Counted from the stretch's first letter, positions 30,270 to 40,612 are shown. The stretch is DNA of 64,000 nt from an uncultured delta proteobacterium (GCA_963804165.1 CAWDPO010000012.1:18604-82603), one strand, 5' to 3'. The notes: generated from the sequence alone by a model not told the origin. Numbers and translations are program-made.

Positions 30270-31728
30270 TACTACTGTGTTAATAAAATCATGCTATTAT
30301 GCATGGAAATTCGTGTAGGAGGTGAAGATCCATGCCAAAGCTTGCTGAATTCGAACGCTACATCGATCAATTGTGCGAAGTACTGGGTCATCAGGACCGT
30401 CACGCCGGATTCGCTGATTACAGCCGGGGGTTGATGCTGCCCATCGAACGCAAGAGTGTGGAACCGTTGGCGGCGCACACTGATCCGTTGCATGTGAGTT
30501 CCCAGCACCAATCGCTGCACCACTTGGTGGCAATGTCGGAATGGTCGGATACGGCGGTTCTGGAGCGTGTGCGCAATTGGGTGATGGCGCGGCTTGGACA
30601 CAAGAGCCAGTTTTATTGGATCATCGATGATACCGGTTTTCCGAAAAAAGGGGAGCACTCTGTAGGAGTAGCGCGCCAGTACTGTGGACAATTGGGCAAA
30701 CAGGATAATTGTCAGGTGGCGGTTAGTTTGTCGTTGGCCACTGAGCAGGGCAGTGTGCCGATAGAGTTTCAGCTGTACTTGCCGGAAAAGTGGGCTAAGG
30801 ATCAGCGGCGTCGGAAAAAAGCCGGCGTACCCAAGGAAGTGAAATTTCTTACCAAGCCCGAGATCGCACTGGAGCAGATCCGAGCGGCGAAAGCCGCGGG
30901 AGTTGCGGTTGGCATCGTGCTGGCAGATGCGGCCTATGGCAATGAAACGGCATGGCGCCAGGGGCTGAGCGAGATAGAGTTGGAGTACTGCGTGGGAGTG
31001 CAATCGAGCACGACGGTGTGGTTGGCGGGCACGGGGCCACTGCCTCCCAAGCCACGAAAGAAAATGGGACGCCCGCCGACGCGGTGGCGGCGCGGTGTGG
31101 GTGCTTCGCCAGGGAGTGTTAAAGCAGTGGCCGAATCCTTGAAAGCGCGCCGCTGGTACACGGTGCGCTGGCGCGAGGGGAGCCATGCGGTGCTGTCCTC
31201 GCGTTTCGCAGCGCTGCGCGTGCGTGCGGCGCATCGTGATGAAAAGCGTAAGACCCTGCGTGAAGAAGAATGGTTGCTGATCGAATGGCCACGCGCTGAG
31301 GCTGAACCGACGAAGTACTGGCTTTCGACGTTGCCCGCTGACACGCCCCTTATAGAATTGGTCAGAGTCGCCAAGATGCGCTGGCGCATTGAGAGGGACT
31401 ACCAGGAATTGAAACAGGAGTTCGGCCTGAGCCATTATGAGGGACGAAACTGGCGTGGCTTTCATCATCACGCCACATTGTGTATTGCGGCGTACGGGTT
31501 CTTGCTGGCAGACCGTCTTAAACATGGCGGCTCTAAAAAAAACTCCACTCAATCAAAAACGCCTTCCCTACCCGCAAATTACACACCTCGCGGGAGCCCA
31601 ACGCGCGCAACGTCACCTGCCCGATTCCATCGCCACGCTGCGCTACCGTCTGGCGTGGGCGATCATAAGAAAACTCCCTCGATGTCCCTGCTGCAACATG
31701 GTGAATCGGTATTAGTGACACAGTAGTA
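30270..31728 (+). mobile_element. complete IS701-family element (1459 bp)
   Basis: TIR TACTACTGTGTTAATAA / TTAGTGACACAGTAGTA, flanked by CTAG (30266-30269, 31729-31732). Confidence 0.9.
30332..31726 (+). CDS. IS701 family DDE transposase
   Basis: RKSVEPLA, IIDDTGFPKKG.HSVGVARQYCGQLGKQDNCQ, LADAAYG, RWRIERDYQELKQEFGLSHYEGR.WRGFHHH. Confidence 0.96.
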   Translation: MPKLAEFERYIDQLCEVLGHQDRHAGFADYSRGLMLPIERKSVEPLAAHTDPLHVSSQHQSLHHLVAMSEWSDTAVLERVRNWVMARLGHKSQFYWIIDDTGFPKKGEHSVGVARQYCGQLGKQDNCQVAVSLSLATEQGSVPIEFQLYLPEKWAKDQRRRKKAGVPKEVKFLTKPEIALEQIRAAKAAGVAVGIVLADAAYGNETAWRQGLSEIELEYCVGVQSSTTVWLAGTGPLPPKPRKKMGRPPTRWRRGVGASPGSVKAVAESLKARRWYTVRWREGSHAVLSSRFAALRVRAAHRDEKRKTLREEEWLLIEWPRAEAEPTKYWLSTLPADTPLIELVRVAKMRWRIERDYQELKQEFGLSHYEGRNWRGFHHHATLCIAAYGFLLADRLKHGGSKKNSTQSKTPSLPANYTPRGSPTRATSPARFHRHAALPSGVGDHKKTPSMSLLQHGESVLVTQ

Positions 31729-31844
31729 CTAGGTGAAAAGTGACAAAGGTAGTAAGATAGTAACGCTTTTGTTGTCCACGATGTAAGTTCACCCGCATGC
31801 TTCTCCGATTTAGAAAAGCATCGACGAAGCCTTAGCTGGATGCC

Positions 31845-33149
31845 ATGAATCTCCTTGTCACCAACACCCGCAACTCCCAAGCTTACTCCATCATCCGAGC
31901 GTTGCGCCCCCACTGTGAGAAGCTCGTGGTGACGATGGAGGGAAAAAACCGGCTGATCGCAAGACTTTCCCACGCGGCTAATTCCCGCGTGGTGGACAAG
32001 CGCTATTACGTCCCTTCGCCTGTAGAAGATTGGCGAGCGGGAATAATCCAGAAACAGAACACGGAGCGGGAAGAGGCTTATATCCAGGCGATTGTGAAGA
32101 TCTGTGAACAGGAGAAAATCGATACCATTTTTCCCTCTTTCGATGCCCACGTCTATGTCTTTTCCAAGAACAAGGAGAGGTTCGAAAAGATGGGCGTGAT
32201 GATCACGGTTCCAGACTACGAGGCGGTGATAACGCCGCTAGACAAGTATCGGACGATCCAAGCAGCGCAAGAGGTAGGGTTTCCTTGTCCAAGGACCTTC
32301 TTGCCGGAAAATGAGGAGGATCTCAGACGCATCGCTCATGAACTGAGTTTTCCCTTAATCATTAAGCGCCGATTTACCGCAGCGGGCCGAGGCATGCACC
32401 TAGTCAAAGATCTCGCGGAACTCTCAGACAGGGTAAAACTAAACGAAGGAAACCAAGGCACCCTCCTAATACAGGAATACATCCCAGGCAGGGTTACCGA
32501 AAGCATTGCTATTACACTGGACAAAAAGGGCGAGCTGAAGATGGTCTTCTGCAGGAAAGCTCTGTGTCGTTTAAGTCGGTTTCGCCGAATTAGGATGCTG
32601 GATTCGCCGCTATCACATCCCTACGCCGCGGATGCCGCGAGACTGATACAGACGCTGGGATGGTGGGGTGGGGTCACGGTTCAAACTGTGATTGACTCCC
32701 GCGACCACACCCCTAAGCTCATGGAGATCAACCCCAGAATTGGAGAGATACTTTGGCAAAGAATACAGGCGGGCATCAACGAGCCTTTGATGATTTTGAA
32801 AATCGCTCGCGGCGAAGAGGTCGAACCGATACGGGAATATCCCGTGGGGATAATATTTGCCGACCCAGTAGAGGACGCGGTGAGCGTTGCTATGGCCCTT
32901 ATGGATATCCTGATCTATCGGCTCCGCATTGGGATTCTGGGCAAAGAGCCTATCGACCGGAGCATTCCGGCGATGTCCCTGCGGGAACTCATTCAATCTC
33001 TAAGGCAGACCTATTTCTCTGACCGTCATAGGGTTTCCAGTCTGTATACGAAGTATTTTTTTCAGGACCCCTTCGTATCGATCATTTGGTGGTTTCAAAT
33101 CATGGCCAATCGATGGATACAGAACCGCCCAAGAGACCTTGGGCAGTAA
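31845..33149 (+). CDS. ATP-grasp domain protein (putative carboxylate-amine ligase)
   Basis: DKYRT, FPLIIKRR..AAGRG, LIQEYIPG, KLMEINPR. Confidence 0.88.
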   Translation: MNLLVTNTRNSQAYSIIRALRPHCEKLVVTMEGKNRLIARLSHAANSRVVDKRYYVPSPVEDWRAGIIQKQNTEREEAYIQAIVKICEQEKIDTIFPSFDAHVYVFSKNKERFEKMGVMITVPDYEAVITPLDKYRTIQAAQEVGFPCPRTFLPENEEDLRRIAHELSFPLIIKRRFTAAGRGMHLVKDLAELSDRVKLNEGNQGTLLIQEYIPGRVTESIAITLDKKGELKMVFCRKALCRLSRFRRIRMLDSPLSHPYAADAARLIQTLGWWGGVTVQTVIDSRDHTPKLMEINPRIGEILWQRIQAGINEPLMILKIARGEEVEPIREYPVGIIFADPVEDAVSVAMALMDILIYRLRIGILGKEPIDRSIPAMSLRELIQSLRQTYFSDRHRVSSLYTKYFFQDPFVSIIWWFQIMANRWIQNRPRDLGQ

Positions 33150-33270
33150 CAATTCGGCGCAGAGATAGCTGAGTTTGGGGATTGAAATGAGACAGACACG
33201 ACTGGCTCGGTCCAGTGATGGTTAACGCCGCTTAGGCTTCAGCACTAGTCTTCTTTGCGATTTTCAAGTG

Positions 33271-33325
33271 TAGGATCGAACTGTATTCTCCTTCTAACGG
33301 CAGGTCTTCGATAACTGCATGAAGC
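33271..33325 (+). repeat. GATTGAAC site B (left arm; right arm eroded)
   Basis: TAGGATCGAACTGTATTCTCCTTC-N25-TGAAGC. Confidence 0.8.
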
Positions 33326-33639
33326 CTTAGGCGATACTATAAGGGTTCGAAGCAGAAAAGCGCGGAAACAATTTATCCGGGTCGGACCAAGCTATCTCCT
33401 TGCCACACATGCAGAGGATGAGCTTTTGAAGCATCGGCTACATGCCCAAATATTTTTCTGAAATTCTTTGATGCAAAATTGCACTGCCTTTTGAATTTCC
33501 GCCTTTAGCTGAATGCCGCCATTCTCAAGCAGCTTCTCATAAGGAAAATTTGGAATCTGGAGTGTCTGGCATACTCCGGCACGCACTTTCGGCCAATATC
33601 TTACCGCTTTCGGTAGCGGGTGCCGCTTACCTACCTCAC

Positions 33640-33668
33640 TTGACACTGTGACACGCCGTGATTAAGTT
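33640..33668 (+). promoter_or_regulatory. putative sigma70 promoter of hsp20
   Basis: TTGACA-17 nt-TAAGTT about 40 nt upstream of the ATG. Confidence 0.5.
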
Positions 33669-33709
33669 CCCGCTATGTTAAAGAAAAGGTTTAAAAAGGA
33701 GAGCTAATT

Positions 33710-34156
33710 ATGGAACTAGTAAGATGGGATCAAGTGGAGGGGGTAAACAGAATTCAGTCCCGAATCAATGAGCTATTCGAAGACACGTTGGGGCGGACAC
33801 GGGCGCAACAGGGTGCTACCACTGGAGTCTGGTATCCTCCCGTAGACATTCTTGAAAGTAAGGATTCGTATATTATTCGCGCCGAGCTGCCCGGGATGAG
33901 AAACGAGGACCTCAAAACGGAAGTCAACGAAGGGATGTTGACCCTCAGTGGCGAGAGAAAGTTTGAAGAGCCGGCCAATGGGGTCGAGTACCACCGGGTC
34001 GAGCGCGTTGCAGGTAAATTTTCTCGATCCTTTTATCTGCCGCAAACGGTGAAGCAAGATAGTATCAAAGCGACCTATCGCGATGGAATACTTGAGGTAC
34101 AAGTTCCCAAGGCCGAAGAGGCCAAGCCAAGACAGATCGCTATAAGCCTGAACTGA
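33710..34156 (+). CDS. Hsp20/alpha-crystallin small heat-shock protein
   Basis: W.PPVDI.E, AELPG, LTLSGER, YHRVER..GKFSRSF.LP, ATYRDGILEV.VPK. Confidence 0.95.
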   Translation: MELVRWDQVEGVNRIQSRINELFEDTLGRTRAQQGATTGVWYPPVDILESKDSYIIRAELPGMRNEDLKTEVNEGMLTLSGERKFEEPANGVEYHRVERVAGKFSRSFYLPQTVKQDSIKATYRDGILEVQVPKAEEAKPRQIAISLN

Positions 34157-34187
34157 TTCATCACAAGCCGGCAAACAGCAACGCAAA

Positions 34188-34220
34188 GGGGAAAGCGCCA
34201 GCTTTCCCCCTTGGGTTTCT
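34188..34220 (+). terminator. probable intrinsic terminator after hsp20
   Basis: GGGGAAAGC-GCCA-GCTTTCCCC hairpin with a weak T tail. Confidence 0.55.
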
Positions 34221-34586
34221 CATTACACCGTCAAACAACACGTAGCCTGAGTGACGAAGATTAGCAAAAAACATCTCGGATCGACTTCATTCTTTTTCAT
34301 GACCGTGGTGAGCAGCGCCAAGGAATTGGCTACCCCTGACCGAGGGCCATGAGCATGTCGAGCAAGAAGTTTAGCGCGGGCCAGGCCCCGGTAACTCCCT
34401 CTTTGGAGGATTCAGGGACGTAGTTGACTAGCTGGAATGACTTCTTCCGAGGCTCTTTGAGGTCGCCGATGTGGAGACCCCAAGCTGCCGCGCTACCTCG
34501 GCTAGAGTCGTTCCGTAGTTCTCAACCAATTTGCGTGAAACCGCTGCTCTCACCGCCGGAATCCTGATTTCCCCCCGACTCATGGG

Positions 34587-34732
34587 TGAGTTAGCCCCGG
34601 TTTGACGGACACCTTAGATAAGGGACAAATAACCTGAAGGGGGTGTTCGATGACCAAGCGGAAGAAATACACATCAGAGTTCAAGCGAGAAGCAGTGCGG
34701 CTGATGGAAAGTTCGGAGAAGCCATCGTCTGA
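34587..34732 (+). pseudogene. IS3-family left end and truncated orfA
   Basis: TG-starting end TGAGTTAGCCCCGGTTTGACGGACACC, then ATG 34650 MTKRKKYTSEFKREAVRLMESSEKP. Confidence 0.8.
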
Positions 34733-34943
34733 AGGCGGCCGCCTGTTTCATCGCATTCGAACCGTGGAAGCAACTTGAGCGGTATCGATTCAAGGGGGAC
34801 CTAAAGAAGCTAAAACTGTCGTTGAATGAATCGGTTCTGCTGCAGAGCGCCGGTGGACTGTAAGGCGACTCAAGTGTCATCAAAGGACTTGATTCCCAAT
34901 ATTCTATCAGCGCATGGAATAGAAAAAAGCAGGAGAAAACAAA

Positions 34944-35201
34944 ATGGATTTCGAAAAAGCAAAGCTGAATCCCGCAGCCGTTTTTAAGACCCCTGAAGAG
35001 ATCGTTTCGAGCCAAGAATTGTCGCGCAAACAAAAACTTGAAATCCTTCGGCGATGGGAACAGGACGCGATGTCGATGGAAGTCGCCGAGGAAGAAGGCA
35101 TGCCCGGCCCGCAACCCAAATTGCTCCAGCCGATTCGCGCCGCTCTGCACGGCCTCGACTATTGGCCGGATACCGAGCACTCGAGTCCCAGCAAAGCCTG
35201 A
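34944..35201 (+). CDS. hypothetical protein
   Basis: AGGAG RBS; A.LNP..VF.TPEEIV....LSR.QK.EILRRWE.DA....VAEEEGM. Confidence 0.75.
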   Translation: MDFEKAKLNPAAVFKTPEEIVSSQELSRKQKLEILRRWEQDAMSMEVAEEEGMPGPQPKLLQPIRAALHGLDYWPDTEHSSPSKA

Positions 35202-35540
35202 TGAGTCGCGATGAACTAACCCACTCGGTTCAACGCTGAGGACCGGGACACGGTAAATTAGAAAAGGATTCCTCGATGAGATCTACGAAATCAATCGGCG
35301 CACTCGTCATTTTATTCGCCTCGTTTATTGGATGCACCGCAGCTCCCGACCGTATTCTAAGGAACAAGGCGACGATAATCGCTGTCACATGAAAATCGAG
35401 ACTTACGGCGATCCCAAAATGCCAACCGAACGAGAAGTTGTTGATTATTACGGGCCGTGTGATGAACGGCCTGCGAAAAGATGAGACCAAACCTGAGACG
35501 CGTCGGCCTTTCAACGAAAAAGTAGCCTGTTCCCTTTTCA

Positions 35541-35797
35541 CCTAGTCCTTAATTCAATTCGCGCCACCGCGTCGCACAGGCACAGAGTCCGCGATCTGCA
35601 CACATCGGACATGGCTCTATTATTCTTCGGTGATCAGTCAACTTCAGGGCTTACACAAGGGACACACCATTTCTCTTCGTGTTCACGGTGGCCCACGCGC
35701 TGATTTGCGGTATTCCACTCCGCTCATTTGGCACGCAGCTTTGACTCCTGCGCTGGCGCCCTGCCCTGTCAACCGAGCTATTCCGGCTAGTTAACAA
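35541..35797 (-). pseudogene. diverged partial copy of the DTW gene 5' end and upstream region (28902-29158)
   Basis: Base-by-base similarity with scattered substitutions and indels. Confidence 0.85.
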
Positions 35798-36172
35798 CGC
35801 CCTCAACTGGGCAACTAGGTCCGCTGGGTATCTGCGCGAGCAGCGCGATATTTCTTTTCAAGACTGTCCCGTATTGGACAGCAAGCCCTACCGAGTCAGC
35901 GTAGCATAAGACAGTTTAAATGTCCGCGCGGTCAAGGACGATCTCCGGCTCGCGACACCTCAGGGCTGTATAAATGCCGGGCAATATTGAAAAGGACAAG
36001 ACAGACGGTTTCACAAAGACATGACCTTATTAACAACGCGGCACGATGCCGACATGAGACAATCGCTTGGCGGTTCGTCTCGGTGAAGGAAAGGAGCACG
36101 GTAATAAGTGGAAAAATCGATCAGATCAAAGAGGCAGCGGTTGCGCCATCCATTGTGACAGGAGGACGGACA

Positions 36173-36769
36173 ACGAAACCACGACTACTGGCGCTGCTCC
36201 CGCTCTGCGCGGGGCTGTTGGTGGCGGTGGCGTGCACGGGGCCAGCGGGTCCGGCGGGTCCGACGGGGATGACGGGGCGCCAGGGCTCCACCGGGATGAC
36301 GGGCGTACAGGGCTCTACCGGCATGACCGGCGTGCAGGGCTCGGCTGGGGTAACGGGCGTACAGGGCCCGGCAGGAATCACAGGGGCCCAGGGCGCGCCG
36401 GCGTCGTCGCCGCAGCCGAGGGTTCACTGGACGTTGGTGAAGGAGTTCATGTTCGACTTTGACAGGTCGGACATCCGGTATTCGGAGTCGAGAAAGCCCG
36501 CCGAGGTCGCGGCCTACATGAGCCAGAACCCGTCCGTGCGGCTCGGGCTCGCCGGCTACACGGATAGGCAGAGCACCGATCAGTACAATCAGCCGCTGAG
36601 CCAGCGCCGGGTCGCGACCGTTCGTGACGCGCTGATTCAGGCGGGGGTGGCGGCGGACCGGATCGAGACCGGCACGTTCGGTACGGATCGGTTCATGTGT
36701 AATTCGTCCACCGAGCAGTGTTCGCAGCGCGAGGGGCGAGTCGAAGTGCTGGTCCGCGCCAGCAGCTAG
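36173..36769 (+). CDS. OmpA-family lipoprotein with collagen-like Gly-X-Y repeat
   Basis: Lipobox VAVAC, G-X-Y run, [12 protein letters not shown]...YN..LSQRR...V...L; start codon uncertain (ACG after AGGAGG; ORF track starts at 35987). Confidence 0.85.
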   Translation, partial: TKPRLLALLPLCAGLLVAVACTGPAGPAGPTGMTGRQGSTGMTGVQGSTGMTGVQGSAGVTGVQGPAGITGAQGAPASSPQPRVHWTLVKEFMFDFDRSDIRYSESRKPAEVAAYMSQNPSVRLGLAGYTDRQSTDQYNQPLSQRRVATVRDALIQAGVAADRIETGTFGTDRFMCNSSTEQCSQREGRVEVLVRASS

Positions 36770-36950
36770 CACCCGCGGTCGGGGATCTCCTTCGCGTCCT
36801 GTACGCGGAGGAGATCTCAGGTGCCGGGCTTCATCGGCCAAGGTCCACCAAGCGTCATTGCTGCCGTGCTCATAGACATAGGAAAGATGATTGGTGCTGG
36901 CCTGCATATTTGACTGTTGAGTGTGTCGGGAAGTGTGGGAGTAACAGACT

Positions 36951-37481
36951 ATGGGAACTATTGCTAAGCGACTTCTTATAGCCTTTGTAATACCACTTGT
37001 CCTTGCCGGATGCGTGTCTGGTGAGGACGAGAACCAAGAGACTAAGAAGATCGCCGAGAAAGTAAAACGACAGGCCGAACTTTCCGAAAAAGCTGAGGGC
37101 AGTCAGGATATGGTGAAGGACGAGGTTACCGTCCGAAAGGGCGAGAAGGGTCAACCGATTATCGAACAGGTCGGAGAAGCCTCATCTTACGGCCCAGGTT
37201 TCCACGGAAAGAAGACTGCCACCGGCGAAAAATTTAACCAAAATGATCGAACTGCGGCCCATCCGACCCTACCTATGGGAACGCAGGCAACTGTAACAAA
37301 CCTCAAGACTGGAAACTCCGTCGATGTCAAGATTAACGACCGGGGTCCCTACGTCAAAGGGCGTGACATAGATCTTTCAAAACGTGCAGCTAAAGAATTG
37401 GGTATTACTAAGGAAGGTGTCGCTGCTGTGAAAATTGAGGCAGAAATGGCCCCCGCTGACAAAAGCAAGGAGAAGAAATAG
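36951..37481 (+). CDS. RlpA-family lytic transglycosylase lipoprotein (DPBB domain)
   Basis: Lipobox LAGC; GEASSYGPGFHGKKTATGE, TAAHPTLP.GT, INDRGPYVKGRDIDLS. Confidence 0.92.
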   Translation: MGTIAKRLLIAFVIPLVLAGCVSGEDENQETKKIAEKVKRQAELSEKAEGSQDMVKDEVTVRKGEKGQPIIEQVGEASSYGPGFHGKKTATGEKFNQNDRTAAHPTLPMGTQATVTNLKTGNSVDVKINDRGPYVKGRDIDLSKRAAKELGITKEGVAAVKIEAEMAPADKSKEKK

Positions 37482-38094
37482 CCGGGACAGGCCGAAGCAT
37501 GCCTCCGCACGTTTTCCCAAGCGAATACCTTTTCAGCGGTTGCTTTGGTGCCCGTTTCAAGCACTCGCGTATAGTCGCCACCTGCCGTCCATCTAGCCGA
37601 CTTTCCAACTGCTCTGACCACCGAATCTCTTCATCCACAGGTGAACGATCCACAAGCTGCCTTCTACGCGCACTCGACCATGGCCACTCGTGCACCGTCT
37701 CCGACAAGCCGGCACGGACCGGATTCTGTAAAACGTAACGTAAGGCAGTGATCAAGTGTTCATCACGCTGAACTGCAAAGCTCTTAAAGCGCCCCTGCCA
37801 AACATGTCCGCTGCTTCCATAATGTTTGTGATAACGACGCACGTGGCTCGTCAGCAGCCACTGCATGAACTGACTCAACGCGGTTTGGTGAGCAGGTTCG
37901 ACAACGAGGTGAAAGTGATTCGGCATCAGGCAGTAGGCATAGATGCTTATGGAAAATTTAGCGCAATACTTCTCCAAGTGCTCGAGGTAGGCTTTATAGT
38001 CGGCCTCGGCACGGAACGTCTGGCGTTGCTGATTGCCCCGAACTATGACGTGATAGAGACGGCCTGGCGCAAATACTCTTGGACGGCGTGCCAT
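37408..38094 (-). CDS. REP-associated tyrosine (HUH/Y1) transposase, RAYT; C-terminus probably truncated
   Basis: MARRPR...G..YHV..RGN, YCLMPNHFHL (HUH), WQGRFKS, YVLQNPVRAG, WPWSS; the tail after ~37555 runs into rlpA antisense. Confidence 0.9.
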   Translation of the reverse strand: MARRPRVFAPGRLYHVIVRGNQQRQTFRAEADYKAYLEHLEKYCAKFSISIYAYCLMPNHFHLVVEPAHQTALSQFMQWLLTSHVRRYHKHYGSSGHVWQGRFKSFAVQRDEHLITALRYVLQNPVRAGLSETVHEWPWSSARRRQLVDRSPVDEEIRWSEQLESRLDGRQVATIRECLKRAPKQPLKRYSLGKTCGGMLRPVPAISSPCFCQRGPFLPQFSQQRHLP

Positions 38095-38145
38095 GGACAG
38101 CGCAGTATCGGAAACCGCGCATCGCTGTCACCCTGGTTATCCGGG

Positions 38146-38165
38146 TATTGGACTAAGGTCCAATA
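38146..38165. repeat. REP-like palindrome TATTGGAC-TAAG-GTCCAATA
   Basis: About 50 bp upstream of the RAYT start; identical copy at 53313-53332. Confidence 0.8.
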
Positions 38166-38411
38166 TAAAGCTTCTTTTTGTTCCAATAGATTTGTCCGTA
38201 AAGAAGATCCTTGTGGATTAATCAGGCCGACCAGTAATTGTCGCTGCCTAACGGCGGCTCACTTAATAGGTAGCTCTCAGAAATCGTAAAAAACGCATAC
38301 GCCAAACAAAGGAGACCAAGAACCTGTACCCGCCCCTGTTGTTACTGACATCTTCAAAATGGGCGCTGGCGTTTCAAACCGGTTGGAGTCATAAATTCTA
38401 GAGCGCTGCTC

Positions 38412-39371
38412 ATGGCTTCGACCAAGGCAATTAACCCCGGTGGAGGGGTCGAAATGGAAGCGAAGAAAACAGTTCATATCACTTGGGAGGACGCCCATCG
38501 GGCAGAGACGGAGCGAGACAAGGCGAGACAGACATGCTGCCGATCCATACCGCCAAATCGATTGAAACTTACCACCGTTTACGATTCTAGAGACCTCCGT
38601 AGACTAAAAGCTTCGGCGTTGCGTCTCTGGGACGTGACGTTTAACCACAGGGTTGGGGCATCGGGCTATAAGGGGAAAACCCTTTTTAGTCCTGCAGGGG
38701 TCGAGAGAATCACAGAGTGTTCAAAAGGGTTACCCCGGCTCGTCAACGCAATTTGCGACAACGCGGCGTCGACGGAAACAAACGTGGCAGGGACAAATTC
38801 TCAACCGTTGGAGAACCGACATAAAGCCGAGGCGGAGGAAGCCCAACGAACGCAATTCGGAGAGGATGAGCTTCGAGAGATTTGTTTTAAGCGTGGCTTG
38901 ACGAAATCGGCAGTCGGGATATTCCTGGGGGTCATTTTACTGGCCGGTGTCGGGACGGTGTCCTATTCGCAACAGAGCAAAAGCTATTTGTCCCATCTAG
39001 CTGTGAAGTGGGGAGCTATCGCTCAGCGCGCCGTACGCCATACTTCTGACCTAGAGGTGATGGTTGAGAGCTCGAAGGCGCAACCCGTCGAGCCGCGACT
39101 CTCTTCAACAAATCAGGAACCTGTTCAACCTGACGATCGAGAAAGCACGGCGACAAGACCGCGGGACTATTTGGGTAACTTTGAAGTCGTCGACGATTCC
39201 TTCGTTCGCGATAACCCTCAACCGAATGCCACCGTCATCGCGACTCTCCCGCCCGGTACGCAGGTTAGGGTAGAAAGCAAAACAGGAGAGTATTTCCGTA
39301 TCCGCTCATTGCACGATCCGGAGGTTATCGGTTATGTGCATAAAGAAGACGCCTTCTTTCAACCGCATTAA
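38412..39371 (+). CDS. degenerate ExeA-like fragment, TM segment and C-terminal SH3-like domain
   Basis: FSPAGVERITECSKGLPRLVNAICDNA (ExeA/GspA C-terminal motif, no Walker A); VRDNP...A.VIATL..GT.V.V....G.Y..I...GYV; N-terminus doubtful. Confidence 0.55.
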   Translation: MASTKAINPGGGVEMEAKKTVHITWEDAHRAETERDKARQTCCRSIPPNRLKLTTVYDSRDLRRLKASALRLWDVTFNHRVGASGYKGKTLFSPAGVERITECSKGLPRLVNAICDNAASTETNVAGTNSQPLENRHKAEAEEAQRTQFGEDELREICFKRGLTKSAVGIFLGVILLAGVGTVSYSQQSKSYLSHLAVKWGAIAQRAVRHTSDLEVMVESSKAQPVEPRLSSTNQEPVQPDDRESTATRPRDYLGNFEVVDDSFVRDNPQPNATVIATLPPGTQVRVESKTGEYFRIRSLHDPEVIGYVHKEDAFFQPH

Positions 39372-39443
39372 ATGAGGATACATTTCCGTCGAGTTGACGG
39401 TTAAAAGGGAGAAATGTTTTTGTTGGTTAATTTTGCGCTTATT

Positions 39444-39515
39444 GAGATTGAACTGAATTCTCCTTCTGCTTAATCCCCCGCCAGATTTCATTGACGCGTC
39501 GATCAGTTCAATCTC
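39444..39515 (+). repeat. GATTGAAC hairpin site C (complete)
   Basis: TGAGATTGAACTGA-ATTCTCCTTC...TGACGCGTCGA-TCAGTTCAATCTCA, 14-bp perfect arms. Confidence 0.9.
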
Positions 39516-40000
39516 AGGCTGAATCTGGTCGAATGCCTTCCATCGTAAATCTGACCTTTCTCCACCTGTGCTCTACGATCCGGGTGACCCAGCAAAGATA
39601 GCCGAGTTTAAGGAGACACAGGCCGCAGCTCAAGGGTTACTTTGGGAGTCCAGCGGTCAGTGCCGTGAGCGCGCAGAGCGCAAACCCACGATGTGATAGT
39701 CTTGATGAAATTCACCAAGCATGGCAGTACCTCCTTTCCAAAAATTGCCAACGCCTGACGAATATCTGTTGTCTAAATGCTCCGAGTCTATCCGTAATCA
39801 TGGCTTTCTAGTTGGTCAAGACCTGAAAGCCTAGAAGTGGCAACATGTTGAACGTTGCCGGTCTCCATGAAACCTTCCGACATACCGTATCCGCAAGCTC
39901 GCCACATTTGACAGTTTAATATAGGCGGGGTTATACCTGCGCCATTCACCGCAACAGAGACTCGCCGCGACTTTACGTGAGATTAGCCAAGGAGAGCCAA

Positions 40001-40518
40001 ATGCCTTACGCCGAATCTTTGAGAGCAATCGGTCAGTCCCTGGAAATGGTGCATATTGAGAGCTTTAGGCTGGAAAAAGAAGGCGATTCTTATGTAGTGC
40101 GGAGCGAGTCTCTAACACCGGCCCGGCTATGGATCTTGAGCAATAGTCTCGCCGAGGACGTTAGGGACTCTCCACCCCTGACCCGAAAACCACCCAGCTC
40201 ACTGTGGGTGAGGGATGGTTCTGTTACCGTCCTCCTGATATTGCAAGGCTTGACGCCCAGGAACGGAGAAAAAGACAAAATCACGGTGTCACACAAATGC
40301 CTCAGAAGACGCTAGCTCAGCTTTTACGTACTCTAGGTGAGTACCTGGATACAAAGGAGGCGACCACTTTTCACATCTCGTGTGCTCCTGATTCGATGTC
40401 GGTTGATTATCAAATGCCGGCCGGCATCTCTGAGCGCAAAGATTTTACCGTCGAGCGACTCCACAAACTCGCTTTGTACTCGAGATTCCGGCGGGTGCAG
40501 CCAACCGATTCTCACTGA
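40001..40518 (+). pseudogene. frameshifted copy of the hypothetical gene at 52569-53087
   Basis: Near-identical DNA; C4 at 40175-40178 versus C5 at 52743-52747 (may be a sequencing indel). Confidence 0.85.
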
Positions 40519-40590
40519 AGAAATTTGTGTCCGCGAAGAAACTCAAACTTAGCGCGTAATCGATCGCGGTAAGCGTGCGGCCTAACGCTG

Positions 40591-40612
40591 AAATCGAACT
40601 GAATTTTCCATC
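40591..40612 (+). repeat. GATTGAAC site D (left arm only)
   Basis: AAATCGAACTGAATTTTCCATC. Confidence 0.75.

Noticed and set aside
30272-31552. 426-aa minus-strand ORF
   Set aside because: Antisense shadow of the IS701 transposase with no recognisable motifs.
17418-33149. NRPS, O-methyltransferase, ATP-grasp and cupin genes as one biosynthetic cluster
   Set aside because: The genes are separated by repeats and unrelated genes, in mixed orientation, with no operon structure.
36185-36907. 240-aa minus-strand ORF, and similar long ORFs overlapping the MFS, ATPase and radical SAM genes
   Set aside because: GC-rich shadow frames of well-supported genes.
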